64,000 nucleotides of DNA, taken from Thalia democratica (taxonomy: Eukaryota). Under the pieces are notes generated by a model that searched no databases, had not been told where the DNA came from, and saw only the letters and a program-made list of their open reading frames with translations. A program made the translations under genes and the position numbers. How positions within the stretch are numbered: position 1 is the first letter of the stretch; every line of letters starts with the position of its first letter. Below, piece after piece: positions 45,901 to 58,200 of the stretch. The DNA lies in assembly GCA_965202585.1 (NCBI GenBank), contig OZ241833.1, forward strand, positions 31,124,001 to 31,188,000, written 5' to 3'.

Positions 45901-48900
45901 AAAAAGCCATGGCCCCCTTCAACAAGATTACTCATAAACTACCTTTTTTTTGTTTTCTTATCTTTATCTGCAACTCGAGAATATCTAGTGTAAAGTTTCA
46001 AATTATAACCTCATGGCCTCCCTGTGGCTCCTTTACTGCTCATGGCCCCCTGAGTATCTGTCATGGCCCTAAGGGGGCCACTTGGCCCACTTTGGGAAAC
46101 CCTGGCATAGACACATGTTTTATAGTTAAATTTCATTAAATTAAAAAACTTCTGCTTGCACTATACAAGCAATCAGTAATTTTTTATAGTTGTGACATTT
46201 GAAGTTAATTCAAGTCTGTCCTAAAATGATTATAACTCTTCTCTTGGTAACAAAAAAGACCTTTTCAGTGTCCTAATGTAACATGTTGGTAAAAAACAAT
46301 TATAACGAAAACAAACTTTAAGATTTATAAAGATCAAAGTTACTATAGAATAAGTTTTGTTTTACCAAATTTACAGTGGCTTCAAACTCTAGATTTGAAC
46401 ATTGTCTTGTCATTTTATATTTTATTTGCTCACTAATTATCTCACATAAAGAATTAAACCCGATTGCAGGGTTAAGAAAGTTTATCTTGAAAAGCAGTTT
46501 TCTTGATATCAAAAATAAAACTCTTATCACTTTTTTGTATCCTGTACAATTTAAAGGTTCACTATGTATTAATACAAAATAGAACAAAATGTAAAATATA
46601 TATAATTTTGTTTACAATGATTTTATATTTAAAAATAAAAATGAAAACAGCATTTAAAATAAAATATAGTACATTATTTAGGTTTTCATTATCATTTTGC
46701 TTATAAAAGTTCCCCAAAAGTTCATAATTCATCTTGATTTTATAAATTTTATCTATAAATTTCTAACTTAAACATATAATGAAACATGCTTGGTGTAACT
46801 TTTTAAATTAAAGATTTTTCAGAATTAGTGACATACTCTTTTTAACTCAATGTATTTCTTTAAAAAAATACTAATTCAAATGAGTTTTCTGTTTTAACTT
46901 TTTCACCAATGCAACCAAACTACATGTACTTTAATACATTAAAATCATAACAAAACAAGGTAAACGTTAATTGATGTTTTATTATCTGTAAACTTAAACA
47001 GAAAATAGATGACAAGTACTACATTAGAACTGTGTGCATATTTCTAGTAGACCTCGATAAACCTTTTTAAATTAGTCATATAAAAGCAGTAAGTAGTTCA
47101 AAGAAAAAATATACACTTTATTTTATCTACAGATGACTTGAACTTCCTATCAAAACAAACAATTTATTGAGCGGATTATTTTCATAGCGTCTACCGCCAC
47201 TACCGCCATCTACTAAACTCAAAATCACAACAGAACACTTTTAACATAAAAAACACCAGAAAAACTTCAAGATATTCAAAATTAAACAAAATTACCATCT
47301 GTTCACTGGCATTTTCAATGGAAACAAACAGCTAATTTAGCATCACGGTTTCATTAACCCCCAAACGAAAGTTACAACAAAATACTTAATATGTTAACTC
47401 TTAAGCTACTCTCAAAGTACTCTGCGTTTTGAACTCAACTCAGATTGCTTTTATTGTCAGTTTGTAAAGTGAAAGTCACACAACGACGAAATAAATATTG
47501 GAGCTCTCAAAGTTGAAAAAGGTGGAGGTTCCTTTTGAAAAGTTTTTTTTCTGTGTGGAAGACAAAGTTGGCGTAGGGGGGAGAGAAATAAACTTCATAA
47601 ATATTTCATCGTTATGACGTCACTGAGGCACAACTTGTTACTTTGAAGCTGGAAAAAGTCAATAAAAAGTTTGCGAGCGAGAAAAAAGCTACTAATCAAA
47701 ACGCTTGGCTCGGGAGTTTTTGGAAAGCCATCAGCGAAACTCACCTTTTATTTTCTTATGTCAAGTCAATTTTTCATAAATGAGTGAAGAAATAGTTTTC
47801 GAATTGATTGTTTTTGATAACTTTTCCAGACAAGGTTACAATCAAAATAAGTTGCTTCAAACAAATTAAAAATAATACCAAACATTTTACTTTAATAAGT
47901 TTAATCCCCTAATTTGATTTTAAAAAATAAAAACCAACTGAGCACTAAGGTTTTTTATCTAATTATAATATCTGTTAAAAAAAAATATGCTAAAATAAGC
48001 GATATGAATAAACTTAATAGAGCTAAACTGGGCTTAATATGAATCAAATTCAGGAAAAAAACCACAAGTATAAGCTAAATTATTGAATATTAAAGCCAAG
48101 AGTAATATTCATATAACTTTTAACTTATGTGTTTAATTTTGCTACTTCAGTAGTTTAGAATAAATTTGATATTGATTTAGACTTTTTTTTGTCTTATACT
48201 TTACAAATTTAAATTTGTACAGACTTTTGTTATATTTGTAACATTTTTTTAGTTGATTTATGTTTAAGGTTTACAATTGAAAAACAATTAAATTTCAACT
48301 TATAAAAAGTAAATTAAGTATGATCTCTTAAGTTATATACTGCATGACTGATAAGCAATTACTTTCTTAACTAAGCAAAATTACTTGATTTATTTTTTAA
48401 ATTTAGTCACATTAACAGCCACTTAAACAATTACCGTTTCAATCATAATCCATAGTAATTTTAAATAATTAAATTTAGAACTTTATAGTCAGTTACAGTT
48501 TATAAAAGTTTTTTTTTTAATTTAAACACTATTACTTCATTAAATGACTTATTTAGAATTTATTTTTGTTAACAAACTTTTTTCTTTATATTCTTTTCAT
48601 CACTTAAAGTCTTATATAAAAAAAACTACATCTAAAAACATATTAATAACTTTTTTACCACAATTAGCTTTAGACATTCCTTTAAAGATATAACTTAAAC
48701 TTGAAGACATAAACTTGTAACTTAATGTTTCATTTATATTTACATAAACATATTTGTCTTTACCTATTAATTGAAGAAGAAAAAATAAAGCTGAACAAGT
48801 TTTATATTTTAGAAGTAGTGTTTAACTATTTGTATGGAAAGTCATAACTTGAGACAAACGAAACTGATTTTAGTAGTGTTTTTATAAACGGATTTTGATT

Positions 48901-51900
48901 AAATGTTAAACTCAGTTAATTTGCATACTGTAGTAAATCTCAAGGGGCTTCATGTAACAAAACTGATAACATTTTATTTTTACACTGATTGTTATCAAAT
49001 TAAACTCAAACTTGTGCTAAATGTGTTAACTTTTGAATAATTAAATTTCAAGACTTAAGTGCTATTTGAGAGTTTTCCAAGCCAATTTTATTGATTGGTT
49101 GTCAATTTGGTTGGCGTTTGAACCTCAGAGTGCTTAATTACTTTTGTTATTACAAATTAAAAATCTATAAAAAAGTAAAAATGACTTTGTGTGTCATAAA
49201 GTAATTTTCAGCGGACTATTTTCATCAGTCCGTGAAAATCTGCGTGAGATAAAAATTATTTTCAAATTGATTTTTTGTCATTGGGCAATTTTGATATGCT
49301 ATAAATACAAAACAGTAATGAATCTGTATAATGTAGGTCAAAATATTTTAATGCTTATATGTCAACATAAAAAATTGAATAAAACATTTATTGGGTTAAT
49401 ATTTAAGTAGGCAATTACATTTATAAATATACTGTTGTAATAGACTTATACTTTTTATACTTTTATTGTTACTGAGCTAAAATCATCAAAATAAACAGGA
49501 TTTTTTTTTTGAAATAAACATTGAAACAGTTCATTACGATCAATTTACAGGCATTTACAGGCTGTGCATGCGTTTGAAATAAATTTTAATAGTTTTAAGT
49601 TTTTTTAACTCTAGTAAGAAAAAAGATTATTAATACAATAACAAATTGATGTATTTTTCAATAAATGTCCTTAAACTGACTTACGAAACCTAATTAACAT
49701 TTTAAGTTAAGGTATGTATTGCTATTATTTTATTTATAAATTTGGTAGAGTATATTTACTGACTTTAAACACTACCTTAAACAGTTTAGTTCACATCAGC
49801 TTTTTTTATGGCAATTATTGCTCTAGTTCCATAAATTAAACATTCCTGAACTCTAAAAAAATATTTTTTTGATGCTATTTTTATGAGGTACTTGTTATAT
49901 AACAAAAAAAATAATTGCGTGTTTACTTTGTAACCATAAATTCACTCAGTAAACATTTAGCGTTATAAAAAACTACTTAGGCCAGATAAATCATTAATTC
50001 AAGCAATGAACTGCATGCCATTATCACTACTTATCTTCTACTCTCCACAATAAACAGTTGCTTTGACATTATAAATTCATCATACATAATTACAGCAACA
50101 ACTTAATTAAGTTCCATGTACACAAATTATATTTCATATTGATACTATACTTTTATATTAACAAGAATAAACAACAAACCATTGTCATTGGTAGGGGCAG
50201 CTAGTATTTGTGATTGTTTTGTTTTGACGACGTCTACTAAACTTTCAATCTTTTCTATGATGCTTCTTATTTCTTCTACCTGAAAGAAATCACCAAAATC
50301 TTTAAAATACTACTGAATGTTAATAATTGAATTGCTTATTGTTTCGAAATAGCAAAAAACAGAAAAAAGAATCAAACAAATGTATTTTAATTTTACTAAA
50401 GTACTTTAATTTGTTTGAAAAATTCAGTGTAAGTACATACAACTTTAGGTTTAAAAAATTCTGTTTTTAACATTTGTAATTTTATTTTTGATATAAAAAA
50501 GGAATAATATTAATAATTAAAGATTTAAATTATAGCTTTTATAATATTTGTCTCTGCGTAGTAAATATTCACTTGTCAGTTAGAACACATGTGACTAAAA
50601 TCAACAGGTTTATAAAAGGGTAAACATAAAAAAAAGACTGCAAAAATTTAATTTACATAATTTCTTCTTTAAAATCAAGTATATTTTAACACACAGGAAA
50701 AAAGCAAAATAACGCTAGCAAAATACTTTTTGCTAATAATTACTACTTTAATTTAAAACTTACTAAGCAAAAAGCAAATACAAACGACCAAATTTTAAAT
50801 CCTTACATTATTTTTATGAATCAACTGATAAGTGCCTTAAAACAAAAATTAACATTGGTTAGTTAGGTTTTAAAAAACGCATATGCATTATTGAATTAGA
50901 GAACACCACACAACTGTCAACAAGGCTTCCTACATTTTGAGTGCACCTATAAACGGAAGCTTTGGTCAAAAGTACATTGTTTAGAGACAAAAACAGCAAT
51001 TAATATGTCACTATGTATGTCTGATGAGTTCTAATAAAAACAAAATGTAGTGTTTTGGGGATTTTGCTGTTTAATGTTGTTTAGTGCAGTCTAGGGTAAA
51101 CTAAATGAGATGGTGAAAATAATATAAGCTTAGTGGATGACAAATGCCATTGACATTACTAGCAGATATTAATAATTAGAAAAAACAATACAAATAAATA
51201 AAATATTTAATCCTACTTGTTATAAAATGACTTGTAAAATTTCCACACATTTTATCTTTTAACATTTAATGTATTTTAACTAAAAAAAAGAGTCATTTTT
51301 TTACGAAACTACTGGTAAGTAAAATTGATCATATAAAAATAGATAACAGATAGATTAACAATAAGTTAAAGTCGTTTGAACATTGTTGCAAAAATTTTAG
51401 TTATATATTGTTTGTAATTTAAAAATATTAAAAAATGTCATACAAAAATAACAAAATTTTTAATAAAAAAAAAACTACAATATTGTAAATGATTAATACA
51501 TAGATAGTTTCAAGTTTCAATAGATGTTTACTTATTTCATTTATTTAGCTTGACGGTAATAAAATGATAAAAATTTATACTAAAATGTTTATTTTGTAAA
51601 CACAACATGTATGTATTGTTCTTAAGACTTTTTTTTTTGAATAAAAACTAAAACAACATAACTTTTTATTTTTTAGAAAAATCTAATTAAAAGTTTAACA
51701 TGATAATAAAAAAAATGTCTGATAAAGTTAGAAAGCAAATGTTTATCATAAAGAATTTTATAAACATTAAACTTTGATAATATTCAAACTATTTCAAACA
51801 AGCAAAATATGTCTAAAATGTTCTTATTAATAACTCAGTTAACCTGCAGTAGAAACTGTGTGACGTTTTCATTGGCTAGTGGCTCATCATCCAAGCTGTT

Positions 51901-53153
51901 TGATTGGACAACTGTTTCACCATCTTCATCATCCACTTGTACCACAAAATCCTAAGAAAACATATTCATTTTTTTAAACTTAATCAGTAATTTTAAGAAA
52001 ATATGAAGTAAAATGGTTAATATGAAAACTGTATAGTACCAAAAAAGTGCTGGTTAAGTCTTTTGCTCTATAACCTAAAGGTGTTTGAAAAATAATGGAA
52101 AGACTTCAATAAACTAAATGTACTTTTTATCATTTATCTTTGGAAAAAATCACAGAGTATTTAAGTTTACAGAGTTATCAAACTATCATATAGATGTTTA
52201 TATTAATGTGAGTGTCATGATTTTAATCACTATAACAATACCTTGAGTGAGCATAAATATTGAAATATGCATCTAAAATATGCATCATTTTGATCAAAAT
52301 ATTTTTTTTATAATTTAAGTTAATACAGGTTTTTGGAAACAATACTATGTGAAAAAAAATACCAAATTAATCAATAAACATGTTTATACAAGTGGTAAAA
52401 AAACATATTATAATGTTAATTAAATGATAATCATAGATATTCTAAACGAACTTACAAGGCAACACAACTTAAAAAACAGATAAATACATTATAATAAAAT
52501 ATTAAATCCCTTTTAAACTAAATAACCATAAACTATAGAAAATTTACAAAATAGCTATTCAAACTACCAGCAAACTTGTTTAAAGTACACATCTACTTTT
52601 ACGGAATTTTTTCAATTAAAAAAAATCAACTAGGCATTGTGATTTTATTCTTAAGAGCAGTTAAATTTATTTTTATTATTTATTTTTACTATTTTAAGAA
52701 TACAAATTTTTACAATTTATTGTTAAAACATTTTTTGAAGAGGTAGCTATTTATTTCATAATATTACATTAAAAACTTATATATTGTTTAATAATTACAG
52801 GAACAAGCAACTAAAGATTAAAATTATTAGGAAAAGTAAAATAACTTGGTATTGAATATACAAGTTTCAGAAATAACTCACTGGTTATGTTTTAAAAGCA
52901 CAGTTAAAAACACCAGTTATGTTAGATATAAAATATTTTGCTAAAACCAACTATCAACAAAACTAGACAAAAATAAATTCATCTCTACAGTTTGTTTTAA
53001 TTCAAAACGTTTTTATTTTATCTTGTGAGAAATCAAACATTTAAACTTAAAACAATTTTTAAAACAAAATACCTTTGAATAACTATTGGTGAAATATTTT
53101 GTATAAAAATAAAAACTCACCCTTTGTAGATCTGCCAAGCGATCTTTTGCCAT
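33914..53153 (-). CDS. Divergent syntaxin-1/2/3/4-family Qa-SNARE, paralog A (~304 aa, 9 coding exons)
   Basis: Exons 53153-53121, 51951-51844, 50279-50180, 43932-43784, 37458-37347, 36760-36681, 35754-35617, 34869-34759, 33997-33914; all GT-AG and in frame. Confidence 0.9.
34527..34706. mobile_element. hAT-type MITE
   Basis: TIR CATGGGTCGGCA / TGCCGACCCCTG; perfect 8-bp TSD tattaatc. Confidence 0.85.
34759..34869 (-). CDS. Paralog A SNARE C-half exon
   Basis: ttacgtcacag|[37 protein letters not shown]|gttgaa; 111 nt. Confidence 0.88.
34938..35097. mobile_element. Small TA-flanked MITE (Tc1/mariner-like)
   Basis: tacggttcaaaattcacccg ... cgggtggattttgatagta imperfect TIRs, with the right TIR partly duplicated. 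Confidence 0.55.
35617..35754 (-). CDS. Paralog A SNARE N-half exon
   Basis: [46 protein letters not shown]; 138 nt. Confidence 0.93.
36312..36716. repeat. Tandem repeat of ~6 units of ~70-75 bp derived from an exon 3' end, donor and intron start
   Basis: Unit aactaacaagtccactaaaaactccaacatttcc...ttttaaaacaaataaaataatatatttataat; the last unit overlaps coding exon 36681-36760. Confidence 0.9.
36681..36760 (-). CDS. Paralog A linker exon
   Basis: (G)[26 protein letters not shown]; 80 nt, phase 1/0. Confidence 0.85.
37347..37458 (-). CDS. Paralog A Hc-helix exon
   Basis: [37 protein letters not shown]+G; 112 nt. Confidence 0.9.
38144..38188 (-). ncRNA. Minimal type I hammerhead ribozyme motif (GUC site), sense in syntaxin A pre-mRNA
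   Basis: GGCTGA-CTGACGA-GTTTAAACAAGAGC-GAAA-C-CCGG-GTC-TCAGTC; intact core and palindromic helix III loop. Confidence 0.75.
38264..38308 (+). ncRNA. Minimal type I hammerhead ribozyme motif (GUC site)
   Basis: AGCTGA-CTGACGA-GTTTAAATAAGAGC-GAAA-C-CCGG-GTC-TCAGTC; predicted cleavage after C38302. Confidence 0.75.
39375..40060. repeat. Degenerate AT-rich minisatellite-like tract
   Basis: Recurrent taataaatgtttc...gtgc/gttaaattttgtaaatgtttt motifs; the unit is poorly defined. Confidence 0.5.
40851..40936. promoter_or_regulatory. Cluster of RFX X-box-like motifs in a CpG-rich patch
   Basis: GTTACCAGGGAAAA (40872), ATTTCCATGGTAAC (40891), GTGGCAAC (40911) and CTCTCCATGACAAC (40923) versus consensus GTTNCCATGGNAAC. 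Confidence 0.55.
43501..43680 (-). repeat. Intronic partial copies of the 3' end and donor of paralog A exon 4
   Basis: CTGAGCGTCATTGCAGAACAAAGGATTTACAAGTCGCAG|gtttga ending at 43638, and a more decayed copy near 43508. Confidence 0.8.
43784..43932 (-). CDS. Paralog A exon 4 (Hb helix)
   Basis: (V)[49 protein letters not shown]; 149 nt. Confidence 0.88.
45875..46085. mobile_element. Right end of a hAT-like non-autonomous element with GGCCCCC subterminal motifs
   Basis: Repeated atggccccc; ends ggcccactttgggaaaccctg. Related sequence at 63470-63895. Left TIR not identified. Confidence 0.5.
50180..50279 (-). CDS. Paralog A exon 3 (Ha helix)
   Basis: [33 protein letters not shown]+G; 100 nt. 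Confidence 0.9.
51844..51951 (-). CDS. Paralog A exon 2
   Basis: [36 protein letters not shown]; ttcttag/gttaac; acidic like the equivalent exon of B. Confidence 0.78.
53121..53153 (-). CDS. Paralog A first coding exon (N-peptide)
   Basis: gaaaATG GCA AAA GAT CGC TTG GCA GAT CTA CAA AGG|gtgagt = [11 protein letters not shown]. Confidence 0.87.
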
Positions 53154-54599
53154 TTTCACCCAAAGCAATCCAAAAAACTTCCAAAATATTTAACTTTAAT
53201 TAAATTTTTACACCTTGCCTACTTTCAATCTGGGGAAGTTATATAAAGTATTAGATTAGCTTAACAAATTAAATCAAAAGCACTTACAGCTGCTGACTAC
53301 TATGAGATTTTAATCAAAAAATTCACCGAACAGTCGTGACTTAAAAAATTACAATAAAATATATTAAAATCATTAACTGATGCAAATGTGAAAATAAACA
53401 TGACTATTAAGTTTATAGACATTGGCTAGGTCAAAACACAAAAATAATTAAACTAAAAAAAACTTTATAATATTTTGTTTACTTTATCTTTCAAAATTTA
53501 AAGTTGTTGCTAGTTAAAATAAATTAACTTTAAAGTAGCTTCTTTTTATACAAGTAAAATATTGAGTATTTAGGAAGTAATACAAACATTTCTATTTCTT
53601 AAATTTCAAGAACATCGTTATTTTATAAAACTTTCAATTTCACAAACATTATTTTTAGAATACAGGTTAATAATTAAAAATATATAAAACTTAACTTTTT
53701 AATGAAGCCATCAAATTACAAAAAAAAATAATTTTGTAACCAGTGATTTAAATAAGTTTGTATTGTGTTTGTTAAAACCGTACAAAATCAAAAACTGTTC
53801 CAATATATAAGTATAACTTATCTTACAAAGGGAAAGGAATTGCATTGAAAAGCAATGTTTTTAGTTTTTAGGAAAAGTTAAGAATTAAGTATTTGAAACT
53901 TAGGATATAGAGTATATTATATTGTTTTCACAGCAGTGTAAATTTTTCTTTCAATACACACCACTTGACAGAAAGTAATTTGAAACTAGTGTAGTAAATG
54001 AGCAATATTTTAGTTGTTTATATTACTTTTCAACATAAAAAAGCAATAATAATGATCAGTTTTTATTTTGAAAAAAAAAAATTCATTCTCCTTACACCAA
54101 TATGAAAGACCTAAAATTCATATTAAGACAGTTTGTTGTATTTTGTGTGTGATACCCAGTTACAAACTATGTGAGTGCAAGTCCAATTATAAACAAACTT
54201 CAGTCATAAGTGCTCCTAATTACAAACAAAACATCAAAACAAATTCTATTTCCAATACAAACATCTGAGGTACCTGTTTGCTGCATTCATTATTAAACTG
54301 TGTAATTACTTTTCATATATCAAGTTTTTAATGGCTAGTAACCATAAAAACAATTATATTATTGTCAAGTTTGTAGGTTTAGTGTTGGCCTTGAAATATT
54401 AAGGGGAAATTATTAGATTTCACTTGATTCAAGAAATTTTAGTTTTTTTTCCACAAGTTAATGAAAATGAGATTGATTGAGTGTTCATTTAAATAGAGTA
54501 TGATACTGTTCAAGCGTAATTAATTCCATTAAAATATTTCTTACACTAAGATAGCAATTCACAGTGGCTACTTTATTTTAATTGTACAATAGCTTTTAA

Positions 54600-55281
54600 G
54601 GCCATAGGGGGGGTCCAACATTTTTTCTTACAAAAATTAACTTTGGCTTTTATATGAAAGCTTCAAGTACAAACTACAAGCAAGTTTTTATAGAATTCAA
54701 AAATATCATTTAACTTTTGAGATATTTAATTTTTTGAAAAAATCTTCCGATATAGAGGACCACAAATTTTTAAGGTCAATTTTCTCAGAAATTTTAAAAT
54801 TCACTAAAAATCTATCTCCTCCTTCATTTTTCAAGCAATCTTCTTCAAATTTTCAGGAAACGTTCCTTATAATAAAAAGAAAAAACGTTACTTTAGAATT
54901 TTATTAACTTAAAAAAATAATAATTTTATCACAAAAATAAAAAAAAAAGTGTTTTTTTCTCAAAAAATTTAATTTTTTACAAAAAATTTTTTTAATTCCA
55001 AAGTAACATTTTTTTGTTATTGTATAAAGATTAGACTGTGAAAGTTTGAAGAAGATTGCTTGAAAAATGTAGGAGGAGATAGATTTTAAATGAAATAGTC
55101 TTTTTTTGCTGTTTTAGTTTTCCTTTCCTATAGGGAACCTATTATGCGGCCAGACTTTGACTAGTCATATCTCCAAAAATTAATTTGAATTTTTTAAAAC
55201 AATAAAAATCATCTTGAAGCTTAAAAAAACTCTAGAAAATAAGATCAACTAGTAAAAAACATGGTTAATCCCCCTATTGCC
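54600..55281. mobile_element. TTAA-flanked non-autonomous DNA transposon (Kolobok-like)
   Basis: TTAA|GGCCATAGGGGG ... CCCCCTATTGCC|TTAA; long internal inverted repeat ~54812-55083. Confidence 0.72.
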
Positions 55282-58200
55282 TTAAATATAATGTTTTCTT
55301 TTTTTTTATATTAACTAAATTAAGAAAACACATTTTAAAGTAGTTTAAACGTATTTTAAAAACATTACTGTGACTTATTAAATGATTTATCTTTGTCATA
55401 ATCATATTTATTTATACTAAGCTTTTATCGAACATCTGAAAGTATATATTTTAACTTTAAACATTTGACCTTGAAATTTTTTTTATTACATTACACATAC
55501 ATATGCTGTAATTTAGTTTCTGCTTGTCTTAAATAACTTTTGTTAATTAAGCAATAGTTAAGTTTTAATTAAACTTGCTAAAATATAAACTACCTGAGTT
55601 CAATAGACCGCAAAAGTTTTACTGTTAAACCAGATCCTCAAGCAGAAAATTTGGTAATTACTTAGGATGATGTTGCACCAAAATCAAGCTGAAACTATAT
55701 CATATTTGATGTTTTTTTTATCCATAATTTTAAACTAAAACGTTATATTTTATAAAAACATAAATAAAGTTAAACTTATTTATCATAAAAAAGTAATAAA
55801 ACTTAAATTTTCAATTGCTTTTATTTGATAATATAAAGCAATTACATCAATACAATAATTTATATTGATTACAATGTTGTGTAAAAAAATTAATTAAATA
55901 TTTTATTTTTTAACAAATAAATTTATTTCTTACTATGTACATTTTTTTTTTTTAAACAAAGTATCTTTTTAGATTAAACTTAGTAGGCTTAAAACATTTA
56001 TTTTTAGCCTATAATTATGGTTTCAATAAACATCAAATACAATATAATTTTGGCTTTATATTGGAGTGACATCATCCAAGTAGTTACCAAAAAATCTTTT
56101 TTAGCACTAATTGTACATTCTGAGACCTTTGTGGATCATTTTTGTTTGTTTGAGCTCCCTAAAGTTTTTGCATTAAATTATTTTTCCTAATATCTGAACT
56201 TTTCTTTTTTTTCAATCAAAACATTTAACCTGTTTACTTGACTAGTTTTAAAAAAAATTATCATATCTTTGTTTTTTTCTTTAATTTTAATTATAATAAA
56301 CTTACTTATATTAGTTACTTCATTAAAATTTTAACGACCATGCAAAGAAAACTTTTTGTAAATTTGAGGTCTTAAGCTTAAAAATTCAGAAAAAAACTAA
56401 TTTCATTTGATCTTTTTTTTTATTTCCCAAAAATTAAGTCAAGAAAATATTTTCTTTGTACACTTGTATCAAAAACTTTTAACTAAATACTAAACAATTA
56501 AAACATTCAAGTATGGGCTAATAAAATTTTGCCCCTTGTTATCATTCTTTTTTTTTAAATCAGTAAAATTTTTCATCTATTTTAGGAGTTTTAAAACTCT
56601 ATATTTCCATTTTTTTAGCAGAAAAAAAACATTTACATATGCTAAGTATTCAGCTTTAAAAAAAACAATACAAATAAAATCATGGTTAAAGTATAAAAAG
56701 CAACTTTCCATTTAAAATTATACAGAATAAACAGTTTTTTTTCTAACAGTATAAGTAATTAATAATAGACATCTTTAAAACCTGCCAAAATAAATATTTT
56801 ATTCTTTTTATTAATTTAATTAGAGAAACCTATAAGAGCGTAAAACAAGTATGATTTTTTTTAATGTACAATAATAACTATTTTATTTATTAATTTTATA
56901 TATTACTTAATTATCTCCTATTATATAAAGATGTTGTATTCGAATTTACTCCACCTATTAATAAATTTGCTATGTAATAAACAAATAATAAAGCATTTTC
57001 CACGCATGGGTAAGCAAAAAACCAAATTAGTCTGTTTATTTTTATCATGTTTACTAGAGTTATTTTTAGCTTTTTTAAGCTAATGCTAAATTAAGTACTT
57101 TAACACGTTTGAGTAAAAACTTGCATAAAAAAAAACATCAACACGAACAAATTTTTTTACAAGTACTTGCCCCTATACAATAAATAAATTATAAAAATGA
57201 ATTAATATAATTAATATATCATTTTAAATAAAAATAAAAAGTTTTTTTTTACAAACATTAAAAGCAGCTTATTAATTATACTTTGATTCTATGGTTTAAT
57301 TAATTTTTTGTGTATTTTTACAGCGCTTACATGGTCTGCACTGTACATTTACTTTTTTTTGTATTATAACATTTCACCAGAGTTACCTACACCCGAATGG
57401 GAAACTGTTATAGATGAAGTACTAATGCTTTTAAACGAAAACTAAAAGTATTAATAGCAATTTAATAAAATTTCACAAATGAATAAAAAATTAAATGGAT
57501 ATTAAATAGATAAAAGTTTCTAGTTGTAAAAAAGTTTGTTCAGATAAAGAACTAATTTTTATCGGTTTATTATAAAATTAACTGTTGGCTGGGAGCAAGT
57601 ATAAAATTATTACGACAGGAATTTATCTAATGTAAGTTTATTAGAAAATAAGACTTTAACTAGAAGTTAGGCGTCATCATTTCGAAATCCCGGTTCTGAG
57701 CTACCTGAACAAAACTTCAGGGATTATAAGCTTTTTCATGGTTTGCATAGACATAATCTAATAAGTAATTTAAGTTTTACGTAGCACGTTTTGAATACAA
57801 ACTTAAGTAACAATTTCACTTTGTTAGGTGTTAGGACTTCAACGCTGTTTAAGTGAAATATTTTGTTTTTCAACAGCTGTTAGCTGAAGCTACTTGTATA
57901 GTTAAAGAATTGACCAATTAATTTACTTTAAGAGTTATATATTACAAACTATAAAAAGTGAAAAATAAAACAACTTGTTTTTTATTAATTCAGCCCAAAT
58001 AACTTGTATACCGTAGAATTAAGGGTCACAAGCAACTTTATTTACAGCTTTATAGAAAAAAAAACCTTTGAAGACCTTAACAATGTAACTTGTATTAACT
58101 TTTGCAAAGAAATATTCACAAGATTAAAAATCTACTTTTTGTCTCATAAGTAAAAAAATTTTAATAAACAAAAAACTACCTAACAAAAAGTTTAACTATA

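Noticed and set aside
8877-53153. A single giant syntaxin gene with all exons duplicated
   Set aside because: Each set has its own ATG/N-peptide exon and TM/stop exon in serial order, so two genes is the simpler reading. Chimeric splicing is not excluded.
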